Under the pieces are notes generated by a model that did no database searches, was not told the origin of the DNA, and worked only from the letters and a program-made list of their open reading frames with translations. Positions 48,901 to 60,900 of a stretch of 64,000 nt of DNA are shown piece by piece. The translations under genes were made by a program, and so were the position numbers. The stretch lies in the IMG/VR virus record IMGVR_UViG_3300047551_002099, positions 1 through 64,000 of that record, one strand, 5' to 3'. Within the stretch, counting starts at the first letter, position 1. Every line of letters begins with the position of its first letter. The DNA comes from a virus.

Positions 48901-51900
48901 GATGTGGATTAAACCCATCCGGGAAGTGTTTGCTGGGTCTCCAACCACTGGTGCAACGACTGAGCAGACAATCGAGCACGGAGCTATTACAACGACTCGA
49001 GCTTCTTTTAAAGATTTGATTGGCCCTGGCTTTACCGGCTTAATTAATATCCAAGGTGAAATCGTCCGGGAAGTTGGTCGTTCAATGAAGGTTGGATTGA
49101 CGCAACAGCTGAAAGATAAGTTTGAGCTTCTTCAGACCAGCCGTGCGGTTGAGCGAAGTGAGGCCGATTTAGTTAAGCAGGTCGCCCGGCACGGAGACGT
49201 TGAAAGCTTTATTAATACTATTTGGGGTAATGACGTTGGGGATTCTATGTTCCTAGGTCATGTTAACCGTCAAAGACGTTATAACCAACTGCTGCGAAAC
49301 CAACGTAAGGACTACGACGAACTACTTAACGCTGATACAGCTAACCCAGCCTTTAGCGGTCTCCGCAAAGCGCTTCTAGGAGTCGGTACGGTCATGATTG
49401 TTGACCGGCTGTTTGACGCGTATGTTCTCCGCCCGCAGGGTGTTGATTACTTTGATTCAGTCATGTCTGATGTTATTGGTAGTCGCAGTCCTAAAGCTGG
49501 AAGCGAAGAAGATGCTAAGTGGCAGTCGTTATATGACACAGAATACAGTAATGCGATACCGAGTATTATTAAGTATCCCGCGGCGGCGGCTGGTTTTTTT
49601 GTTGGTGGTCATTTATTACCCAGCTACGAAGCCACCGATAGCTTGGTCTATGAAGCAGTTAGTAAAAAGTATGGAGTTGCCGCGGTTAACACGCTTATGT
49701 CAGAAGCTGCTGGCGCTGCGTCGGATGATGTAGCAGATGCGCTCAGACTTTCTCCGAAGGTTATTAGAAGTAAGTTCGGTACAGCAGGGGCTTTGCTGGG
49801 TGCATCGGCGGCGTTGATTGGCTCCCAGTTAGCAGTTAACTACCTATCCGCTATCAGTAAGCCAGTCATCCGGGGATTAGATAATCTTTTCGGCGGGCGG
49901 TGGCGTGAAGAAGAATCCGGTCTAGATGTTGACCCAGTTAAAGGAACTGCAGCGTCTGCCTTAGCAAATATCGTGCAGTATAGCGTCCAACGTCAGAGCG
50001 TTAACTATCAGAAAGGTTGGGGTGCCACAGCCGAAGATAAGACTGATGTTTATCTGTTAAACCTAGCGGCGCAAGGCTTGATGCAGTCGCGGTCAAAGCC
50101 AACGCAGATGTTCTACCCATTTGCAACGCAGATTGCATCACCATTCTTCCAGTTTGCGACGGTCGCAAAGGTTGACCCTGGAAAGAACATTATTCAACTT
50201 AACACGGGTTTCCAACTGTTCCCTTTGTTGGGAGCCGGCTTAATGCTACCGTCTCCAATTACGCCGAAGGTTCAATACACCGCTCCTTTAAGTAACCGAG
50301 CGATTGCTAACTATCTGAAGAACTACCCAGAGGGTATTATTATGCCGGGCCAGCCCAGTACCATGGCCCAACATCAAGAGACCGAAGCTTTTGTCAATAT
50401 GCAAGAGCTTAGTAAAACAGGCTCGATGCTTTTGGGTGGGGGTGTTAACCTATCCTTTGACGGCAAGCCTTTGGTATATATGGCGATGCTCGGCGCTGCT
50501 AGTGAGTTTGCTAAGAGCGGGGTAGACCGATTCTTAGCTTATAAAGCAGAAGAGCAGAAATGGTTATACGAAAAACGACAGCCCCTATACCGGGAATTAC
50601 AGAATTACGAGACGTTATTTCACGCGGGCAGAGTTGGTCTGGATACCTTAGATAGAGTGTCCCGGGCTGCCTACTCTCTGTCAGTGATTATGCCTAACTA
50701 CCTAGCTAAAGCGGGCTCAGCATTCTTAGGGGCGTCCGGTGGTACGATGCACCAGCTCGGCCCGTTTGCCCGGAAAGCCGCGCCCTTTGCTTTAGCATTT
50801 GGTCTGCTAGGTGCTTCTTTCCGTCTTAATGATAAGGCTATGGAGTCAGAGCTACCTAATTACAGTCGTCTGCAAACTATGTTTAAGCAGAAGCAGTACG
50901 AAGGGCTGACCCATGAAATGATTAAAGCAGACGCTATTAATATCGGTCAGGTCTTCGTCGGAACTGGTTTATTAGGAACGACTATTCTATCGACGGGGGC
51001 CTTTGAGTCAGCGCGTAGTTTTGGTAACGCTTACAACATTGTTGAAGCAGGCGGGCCATCGACTTACATTCAGCGGCAGAAACACAAACTCTACAGCATG
51101 TGGTTGGAGCACCTTCAAAATCAAGGCGAAGTGTTAATGCCTAGCTTAGAAGGACAAACAGTAACGTCGTTAAGTAAACGCTCTGTCGCAACAGCAGAAC
51201 AAGCATTAGGGGTTTACGGAGAGATTAATCAAGCAGTGGGTAGAGCTGGGCAGATGCAGCGCCGGCACTTAATGAAAGCTGCTAGTCAAATAGACTTACC
51301 TTTAATCAGAACTGCTCCGACCCGTTTGGCTATGGCTGCTCGCCGGGTAGCGCCGGTAATGGTAGGGGCATTAGCCGTCGCTCAGGTACTAGCGACAACA
51401 GAAGGTTTTAAAGATTCACCTTGGTTATCCTTACTGAAGAACTTTACCAGTACCGGTTCTAGCGAGTATTCCAGTGAGCAGCGGGCGATGCTGACTAAAC
51501 TTGGCATCAACCAACCCCGTTACCAGCCGAAAAACCTGGGAGACGCGTTTAACAACGTTAGGGATTATGTTGTTAGCTCAGCTTTGTTACCTTTTGGCGG
51601 GAATACTTTTGGGGTTTACCAAGACAATCCTAACCCCTTTAGTCCCATTATCGGGCCGTTGGGATTGTCCTTAGGTTCAGAAGATGAAGCGCGGGTTTAT
51701 AGTCAATCTCAATCTGTAGCAGCTGATATTAGCGGCTCTTTATATTTAATGCCGGCGATGACTAATGAGTTGGCTAACGCCATGAACCTTGGCCCGCTGC
51801 TTAGCTACGCGAAGAAATTAGAGAAGCGACCCGGCGCGGCTAGCTTAGCTAAAGCTTTAATCCGGGGTGCTGGTTTACGAACAAAGGCTGCTAAGTTTAA

Positions 51901-54900
51901 AGGCGGACCCAGCCAAAGTGACATGCAAGCGGTGTCCAGCCCAGAGCTGCAAATGGCATTAACCAGACGTTATGACCGTCTGCGGAACTTGTCTTGGCAG
52001 ACTTCCGGTGAGTTAATGATGGATGTAATCGGTGAGTTCCAGCGGTCAGGACGGATTATTAGTGATTACCGAGATGGACGAATTGACGGAACGCCTCTGA
52101 ACAAAACGACGGCAGCCGACACTATGATCTACGATACGTTAGGAAAAATGCGTATCGTTCCGATTGGGTCTGACGGGTCGTTCCGTCTACCGAAGAAGAC
52201 AACAGAGCGGGACTTGCTGAAGTTTATCAGGACAATGACCGCGCAAGGAGCTGGCTTTGGTGAAGGTGTTCGTCTAGAAGCATCGGAAGACCCAGCGGAT
52301 ATCATGTACGGACGTAGTCAAGACCGGGGCGGTATTCCTGTTCTAAGTTACTTTGGTGGATTGTTCAACTACGCTTTCAATAGTTTTTACGATAAAGACA
52401 CTGACCTTTTAACTCCTGATTCTAGTAATATTGTCGGCGCTACGTTAATGGCTGGTTCCGCGCTAGTGTTGGGCGCATCGTTTATTGGAACTTCAGTTTC
52501 AACCGTGATTCAATTGGCTGGGTCTTTAGCCGCGTTGTCAGAGTACGGCACTATTAGCGATGCTAAGACTAGCGTTAGAGACTTACGGATGTCCGTGGTC
52601 AAGAAGCTTAAACAAAGCTCCTTTGCGTTGAGCAGTGGGGGAGGGCCAGCTATCATTCGCCCGCGGGCACATGGGTATAGCCGGGTGTTAACTCCAGCCC
52701 ATGATATTGCTGAAGAAACGCTTGAGCAAATTAACCTTAAGTTTACGGGTAATACAGCGTTCAATAGATACACCAGTGGTAACGCGCTGGAAACAATCGT
52801 CACTGAAGAGTTTGGTAATGTCTCCCGTAAGTTAGCCAACCAGTACTCTACTGTAGAGTCCCTAAGCGACTTTATTGTTCAAGAAGTAGACGTTCTGAAC
52901 GCCCAACTGGGCGACCAACTTAACGTCGTTGTGGGTGGTGAATCGAAGAGCATCGCTAGCATCTTCACTCCAGGCAGTGAAGCAATCCAAGGAATTGACT
53001 CAAAAGCCTTGACAGAAATAAACCAGATTTTGGTTAGCGGTAAACATAAACAAACTCAGGCCCTGGAAATCGAACGTGTGTTATTAAACTCGTTCCACCG
53101 TAACTTGGGTTTAATTACCGCTGAAGGACAGTTTGTTAACGATGGTAAGCTTCCTGCGCACCAGCAGAGTGCTAAGACTCAGTACGCAAAAGAAGCAGCT
53201 AAACAAGCGGTTGAGCAACAAGCTGCTGCTTTGACTGGCGAAGTAACCCCGACTTATGACCCGTCGATAGGCTTCCTACGCTCGAAGATTCAAGAAAAAG
53301 GTTATAGCGGTTTGATAGCGGAAGGAACCGGCGGGGCTTTACGGGCAGCCGGTGAGTTAATCAACCTTAAAGCGTATTACGAAGTTCTATCCTATACAGC
53401 AGCAATGGGAACGACTGACCAGTTTGAGCGGCGCCGGGCGAGTCAAGCGGCGGCACAAAACACCGTTCAAGCCTTTGGTTTGATTATCCCCATGCAGTAT
53501 GCGTTAGGTGCTGTCCGAAGACATCCGGCTATTGCAATGACTGTTGCCTTAGGCGCAGCGGTTGCCGGTGGGGTTGCGTTACAGAACAAAGGGTTCCGCC
53601 GCTTCTTGGAAAAAACTACTCGCCCGGTTTTCTCTTTCTTAGATACTTACGCTTATAAACCAGCGGTACAAGGTTTAGCTGGTATGTACGAAGGGCTTGC
53701 TAAGTTTACTCCGCTACCCCAACTACTTCGTCCAGTTACGGCTATATTTGACCCTATCTTCAGCGGTATGCGGCGGGCTGTGCAAGACGACCCGGCGCTA
53801 AGTATGCTGGCTAACTTCTTTGTACCAGAAGGGGTAGAAGACTTTTACCGCCGTAACGCGCTTTTAAAGACTCGGATGACGCCTTGGGGTGACTCCTACG
53901 AGATGTACTCTAAGGCAGAGGTAGGCCAGTACCGAGCAGCGCGGTTAACAGCTAAGCGTAGACGGGCTCGTACCGCTCAAGCTGGAATTGATGAAGACTT
54001 ACTCCATCCGTTTTTAATGGGGCGGTCGGCGGATGTCCAATCCATTTCGTTGTTTGAAGAGCGGTACCTAGGCGGCGACGGGCGGATTATGGAGCAATTC
54101 CAAACGGAGCGCTTAACCAGCAATTTAATGATGATGGCTATCCGCCGCCGTCAGGGCCTGGTTGACCAACATGTTGGAGGTAGTTACATGCGTCAGCCTT
54201 ACTATAAAGAGAATGTTCACCATCACTTCGCTACGGTTGCTGCTTTAGGAACATACAGCTACGCCCAGACGGGTGACGTCTTCTCCGCACCGGTTAACCA
54301 GGCAACGCGTGGACTAGAAAAATTGTATAACCTACATGCTGAAATAATGAATCGGTTAGGCCCAGAGGCCGGGCCTATTATTAAACGCACGCTAGCCGGG
54401 GCTGCCCTTGGTTACTTAGCCGGGGCCCAGTTTAGTCATTTTGGTGAGACGGAAGATGAACGCCGGCGTAACGCTGCCATCGGTGGACTTGCTGGTAGCG
54501 CTATTGGTGGCAGTACCACGTTATTCCTAGGCCCCCACTTTGCCGCGCGAACGGAGTATATACTAAGCCGACTAGGGCGTAATCCTTTCTTTAGAGGTAT
54601 TGCTGGAAAAGCTGTGGCTTTTGGTAGTGCGGTCGGTAACGTAGCTAAAGCAACCTTCAAAGGTTTAGGGGCTTTTGCTAACAAATCTTTCCCTTACGCT
54701 AGTTTCTGGGGGTTATCTACAGCTGCGACTTACAGCAATTATGACGCTGCTGTAAATTGGGTGGATGGCGAAGACCCCGCGAAGAAACATCCTTTATATA
54801 ATCCTTGGGTTAAGTTAGGTATCTCGACTGGGGTTGGAGCGGTGGTAACTTTAGCTGGTTACGGCGCTGCTGGAAGTCAGTTTACTTCAGGGGCCTTAGC

Positions 54901-57900
54901 GGCTGGTATTGGTAAATCAGCAGCCGCTTTGGGCACAGCCGGAGGGTACGGAGCTAACTGGTTGTTGTCTTCGTTCTTAATCAACTTTATGTTGAGCAAC
55001 CCTTATACTGGGGCGGCCCCCAGAGCGTTGGCTAAAACGATTTATGACCGTTTTGGTTTAGGTAGAGATGAAGACTTTGGGAACTTCTATAACACCGGTG
55101 TTCTAACTTCAGCCGCGGTAGTTGGTAGTGTAACTCCTTGGCTATCCCAGAAAACCCACGAAGATTATATAACTAGACTGCAAAGACAGCTGGGTTATAC
55201 AGACGTTGACGCTGACGGTCGGGCTCAAAGAGCAGTTGCTGAATTGGATGAACTAAAACGAGTACTTGCTGCGGTAGAAGGAACCAGCGGTGCTGTGGTT
55301 GCAGCCAGCCCAGAAAGTAAACTACAGCAGTTAGGTATAGCTCCACTGGTTGGCCCTTATAACCACGAATACGTTGATGAGGTAATTCAACAAGGTATTG
55401 CTGAGAAGCGTGGTCGGATGTCTTTAGTGGAATCGCTTATCGATGCTCAAGTCCAGCGGGGCTTCTTACATAACACTTTGCGTAGCACTAAAGGTATTCT
55501 TAAAGCAACAGGGCATATCGGAACGTTGGGTTTTGGTTACGTTCTGAAAGGTTTAGCAAAGACTCGTAGGAACTTGGGTCTTGGATTTACAATAATGGGC
55601 GCCGGTACAGCTGGTGGCTATCTATTCAGCCAGCTTACTGCTAATGATACTGATAGCGGGGCTCAATTAGAAACAACAGTTAGTACTTTAGGTGGGACTT
55701 ATATTGCAGCAGGATTATACGGAGCCTTTGGTCGCCACCCAGACCAAGTAGACGTGGCAGGAACTCAAGTTATTCAGAGGTTAACCAACTGGTATACTCA
55801 GAAGTTCGGCGCAGGGCCTGATGCACCAAGATACCAACCGTTTAGAGCGGCATGGCGAAGCTTACCTAGAAAGTTCCGTCGCAATACGAGGTATAACTTT
55901 AATCGTGGGTGGACTTGGCTCAAAGAGCGATTCAGAGACCCCCGGAGCAGCGAAGCTTTCCCTGATGGGTTTACCTTTGGTCGGTCTAACTTTGGACAGC
56001 AGTTTATGCAACTCAAGGATAAGGCCCTGCCCGTTGCTGCGTTTTCGATTGACGTGCTTAACCTCTACACCAGCACAAGCCAGATTAATAACCTAAAATA
56101 TGCTCGCTCCCAAGCCGATTTTATGAAGGCCTATAGCAGCTACAGCTCGGTGGTTGCTACGACAACGTTTACATCGTTAATGTCACTCTTTGCACGGAAC
56201 GCGTCGTTTAGTTCGTTTGCGATGTCAACTTTACAGATGTCCCAAATAAGCTACGCCGCTGGTATGCGTCGTTCGGATTACGAGTACGCTAATGCGGTGG
56301 ACGACCCCACAGCATTCCAAGCAGATAAGCAGAAAGACTTTCTTATGGCCGGGGGAGTCGCCGGATTGTCTTTAGTATCCGCTGCAACTAGTTACGCTAG
56401 AGCCGGTAATCAACTACCTTTCCAGAGTAGAATTGCGGCGACGTTGGGTAGACGGGTACCGTTTGTTTTACAAGGGGGAAGCAAGTTTGCTGCAATTGCT
56501 GACTTTGCCGCGCTACCAGTGGCTCAGACAGCTGTGACCGGTTACGAAATCCAGCGGATTGCTAGCGACCGCAATCAGAAGTTTGGTTATAGTACGAACG
56601 TCGCAACAGACGCCGCACGAAATCAAGTTGACCTTTGGGCAGCGTTTCTGTTTTCTGTGAGCGCAATGGCTTTGTCTCGTCGACCAACTACTAACTCGGG
56701 GTTATGGTTTGGTAAGGTCATTCCTGGTCTTACCACTGGGGGTGTCGCCTTAGCTAAAGACGCCTTTGTACCCAGGCTTCAATACAAACTTACGGAACGA
56801 TTCAGAGAAGCGGGGATTACCAATACCTATGCTCAAAACGTAATTACGCGTAAAGCAGCCAAGAGCGCCAGTGATAACTACTGGCTGACGCTAGGGTTAA
56901 GCACTGCTGCCGCAGGTGCAATCTTTGTTCTAAGCAGAGGCCGGGCTAGCAAGCCAATGCTACTTTCGTTGCCGGCTGTAACAACAAGCGGTGTTGCATT
57001 GTATAACTACGAAAGCACCTTAAGTTCAGAAATAGAAAAGCGTAAAGCTGCTGGTTTGGGTGGGCTTACTAAAGACGATATGGTTGCCTATCGGGAATGG
57101 CAACAATCCGGTGCTATTATCCCTGAAGCGTGGAAAGACAGTAATCAGTATCGTAACTGGATGATCCACCGTAAAGACCAACAGCGCCGTTGGGATAACT
57201 TTTCAGCAAACTTCTTCAAATCGAACCGGTCGTTCGAGGGTCTGGGTACACAGCGGATTCAGAATGATTGGATGATTTCAAAAGATGTGTTGCGGGCTAA
57301 CGCTGAAAAAATGCACTCCAAAGCCTTAGGTAAGTATGAGTCTAACCCTTGGGCTACTGGTAGCGCTGTTGCCGGTGGTGGGGTGTTACTTGGGATGATG
57401 CTCCGCGCCCAACCCCATAGAATGGATGGTTTGGCTGTTGGGGAGAGCTTCTTAGATAAGAAGCATATTGGAAAGTTAGCTAAGTTCGGTATAGGGGAGT
57501 TAATACTACCAGCGGTAGCAGTAGCACGTAAACTTTCTACGGATGCTGAAATTAGAAAATTAGCGACTCGGTCGCTGTCACCAGATGTCGATGGGGAGAT
57601 TCAATTCGCCCGGGCGTCAGCGGATATTTCTAGAATGCGGGACGTTGTTTGGCAGGAAACCTTACTGGCACAGATGCCCCTTGGCGGCCAGAGCTTGTTA
57701 GGGCGGGTAACCCGACACGCTGTTGCACATGGTATTGGCAAGGTTATCTTTGACTTTAATCTCAACCCAATGCTCTTGGACTTAGAGCAGAAGGAAATGT
57801 TGAAGTACGTTAGAGAGTCAAGAGATAAAAATCTACTAACAACAGAAAGAATGCAGCGGGCATTGAAGGCTCAAGCAAACACTAATGCTGGCACTATCCC

Positions 57901-60900
57901 GGCGTTGGGCCTAACAGCACTACAAATGATCGCTACAGGACGAACCAACCCGATGCTACTGATAACTGGGTTTAAAGATTCTGTGCTCACCTACGTTGGT
58001 GTTAAAACAGCTTTACAGTCTGCCATTGGTAAGAAGCGCGCGGTGAATGTTTTACTCAACAAAGGCAATACTGTTACAGGTGCTGTACCTGATCCGACAG
58101 GAGCGTCTAACATTCGCGCTGCTGGTGTTAGTAAAGAAGACGAAGAAAGTAATATCGTCAGTGACTACTTTACTAACCAGTTTATGCTGACTACAGCCCT
58201 GCCCAGACTGGTGCCGACGTTGGTTGGAGCAGGGTTGTCGATGTGGCTTAACCGGCGGGCTTGGAAACATATGAAGGGTGCTACAGCAAAAGAGGCTCCT
58301 AAAGTTGAAGTTGTAGAACCTACTCAGTTACCCGTAGAGCCTGAAATTGTAACGCCTAAACCCCCGGGTGGAACAGCTAGCAAAACGATAACTACGACTG
58401 TACATGGTGAGCCTGGTGTCACTGTTGGGCCTAGTGAACCATTAAAACCCGTTAGTACTGAAGCAGTAGTCGAGCCTGTGAAACCGGTTCAACCTACGCC
58501 TCCAGCGCCCACCGCCAGTCCTAAACCACCGCAAATAACACCTACGGTTGAGCCAGTCGTTTCTGCTGAGCCGCCGCCGGTCGCTAGCAGACAGGTTATT
58601 AGTAAAGTAAATCCTGACGTAATTACGTCTTCGGGTGAATCTGGTTCGGTTGGCTTGGAAGAGCAAACACAAAATCTTTTGAACCAATTGAGGCAACAAG
58701 ACTCTAACCCTACTGGAATTAATAAATCTAAAGCTGCTCTTAACACAATTAATAACACACCGGTAGAGACAAGACAAACTGTGGCTCAAGTGACTATACA
58801 ACGAAGCGTCCACAGCACCGAAATGGATTCTTTCATATTAGACACGCCTGACCAAACTAAAATAGAAAAGCTTGTCAATCAAATGCGGCAAGTGCAGACG
58901 GCGTTTAATTCCCTTTCTGGACAGCTAGAACCAGTTATAAGACAAAAGACTGGAAAAGATGCTGCTCAAGGAGTCATAGATGTTTGGCAAAAACGAATTG
59001 ACCAGCTCGTTGAAAAAATTAGCGCTAGCACTACCAATTATGACGCGCTTACTACATATTCCCGCTTCTTAATTGAACTAGAAGGGTCGTTCTTTATGGA
59101 AGGCAACGACCATTTTTCACCTTTACATCAAGGTAAAATTGGTGGGCCTGTCAGTGGTTTTGGTCAGGCGAATCTAGCTTTACTTCAATCCGCCTTAAAG
59201 GCTCCGTTTGTTCAATCTCAACAACTTGCTTTTGACTTATACGGCTTATCCCCAACGCAAGACTTTACCCCCGGCATGCCTATGCCAAATGATACTATGG
59301 GGCTATGGGTATTTGGTTATGTGGAAGGTTCTGGAGTTGATGGGTCAGGCAAACGTGATGGGGGCGTTCGTTGGAATAGCGAAGCTGGAACGAGCAGTAA
59401 TTTTGTTACCTTATTAAATAGAGGGTATCATATCAACTTGTATCCAATTATTCCCGCCGAAGTTGTGACGACTAAGCCAATATCAGCACCTGATATTAAG
59501 CCCGCTCGGCCAGGGCAAAGTCGTAGGCTAAAGCGTAATTATATCTCTCCGCGAGGAGTCAAGATTAATAAATATAGAGACCCTGACTCTTTTAGACAGC
59601 AACAAGCTTCAGAGGCACAATCTTTAAGCTCGGAGAAATTACAGGCCAATCGTTTAAACAGCGCATCGAGTGGTAGTGTTAATGCTAACTCTATTAATAA
59701 GACCTATTTAGAAACATATAAAGAGTCAAAACGGCAGGCCCTTTCAACTGCTAAAACATTTGTTTCTACTTTAAGCAACAACGAGCTTACTGATTTCATT
59801 GAAGATATGAAGTCTTCAGTTGAAGAACTTCGGTCTAAGGGACTTAGCAACCTCAGCTCTGACGAAGTAAACACCTATGGTCTATATAGCGGTAATCTTC
59901 AGGCTGCTCAACTAGACCAGCGACGACGTCAACAATTGAAGCCAAAGTCTCAAGCTGTTGAAATATTTAAGCATATTAGAAATAGTGTTACACAGGATGC
60001 TTTTAATTATGTAATCACTCTAAACGACAGTGATTTGGATTCTTTTATTGACGAGACTCAAGCTAAAGTGTCTCAGCTGCAGCAAAAAGGCTTTAATGCC
60101 TTTACGTTAGAAGAAGCAGCAGACTACGGTATGGAGGTTGGTAGGTTGCGTGTGGCTAAAGCTGCAAAAACTCATAGGTCTTTGGAAGACAATACTAGTT
60201 CTACTAAGTCAAGCAGTAAGCAAGTTATTAACAAAGTAACTAATCCTGAACCAACGCCTGCCCCTACTGTAACCACGCCGCCAGCCCCTGAGCCTATAGG
60301 GCCTGGTAAAATTGAAACTGTTGCTTCAGCACCGGAGATTACACCTAAGCCTTTAGAACAACCTACTCCGCCAATGTTGATGGATATGGTCTACGGCAAG
60401 GCTAAAGAAAGCGTCACGGGCGTCATCAGCAAAGCTAAGGAGATTGGGCAACCCTTCGTGTCTAAAGTGGGTCAAGTCGCCCGGGGTACCGCCAACCAGG
60501 CTTGGGACGGCTGGACTATTTTCGACCGCTTAGAAGGTGTAGACGCCCGCTTTGGTAACCAAGGTATCGGCGGTGGTGCCGGTTTTTGGACTCGCTTTGG
60601 TCAAAGCGCTAAGTATGAACTCAGCGGTAGAGGGATTGTTGAAGGTGGTTTCGGGATTGGTCGGAACGCTCAAACTGGCAAGGTTGGTATCCAAGGCAAA
60701 GGCGGCGCGATGGCAGTGGCTGGGATGGGGCTACAACTAGCCGACGACATCTTAACCTTAGACTGGAGCCGCAAGAACTTTGCGAAGTCGTTAGGTACGG
60801 TAGCGAAGAACCAAGCGACGTCCTTGGCGGCTGGGGTGGCCTTCGGGTTGGCTACTGCTGGTCTGGGGGCCTTAGCGCTGTCTTCTGTCCCGGCGTTAGC

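Noticed and set aside
55202-55219. DVDADG as an RNAP DxDxD or Ca-binding loop
   Set aside because: Isolated match between helical segments with no supporting RNAP motifs; plausible by chance in 6000 aa.
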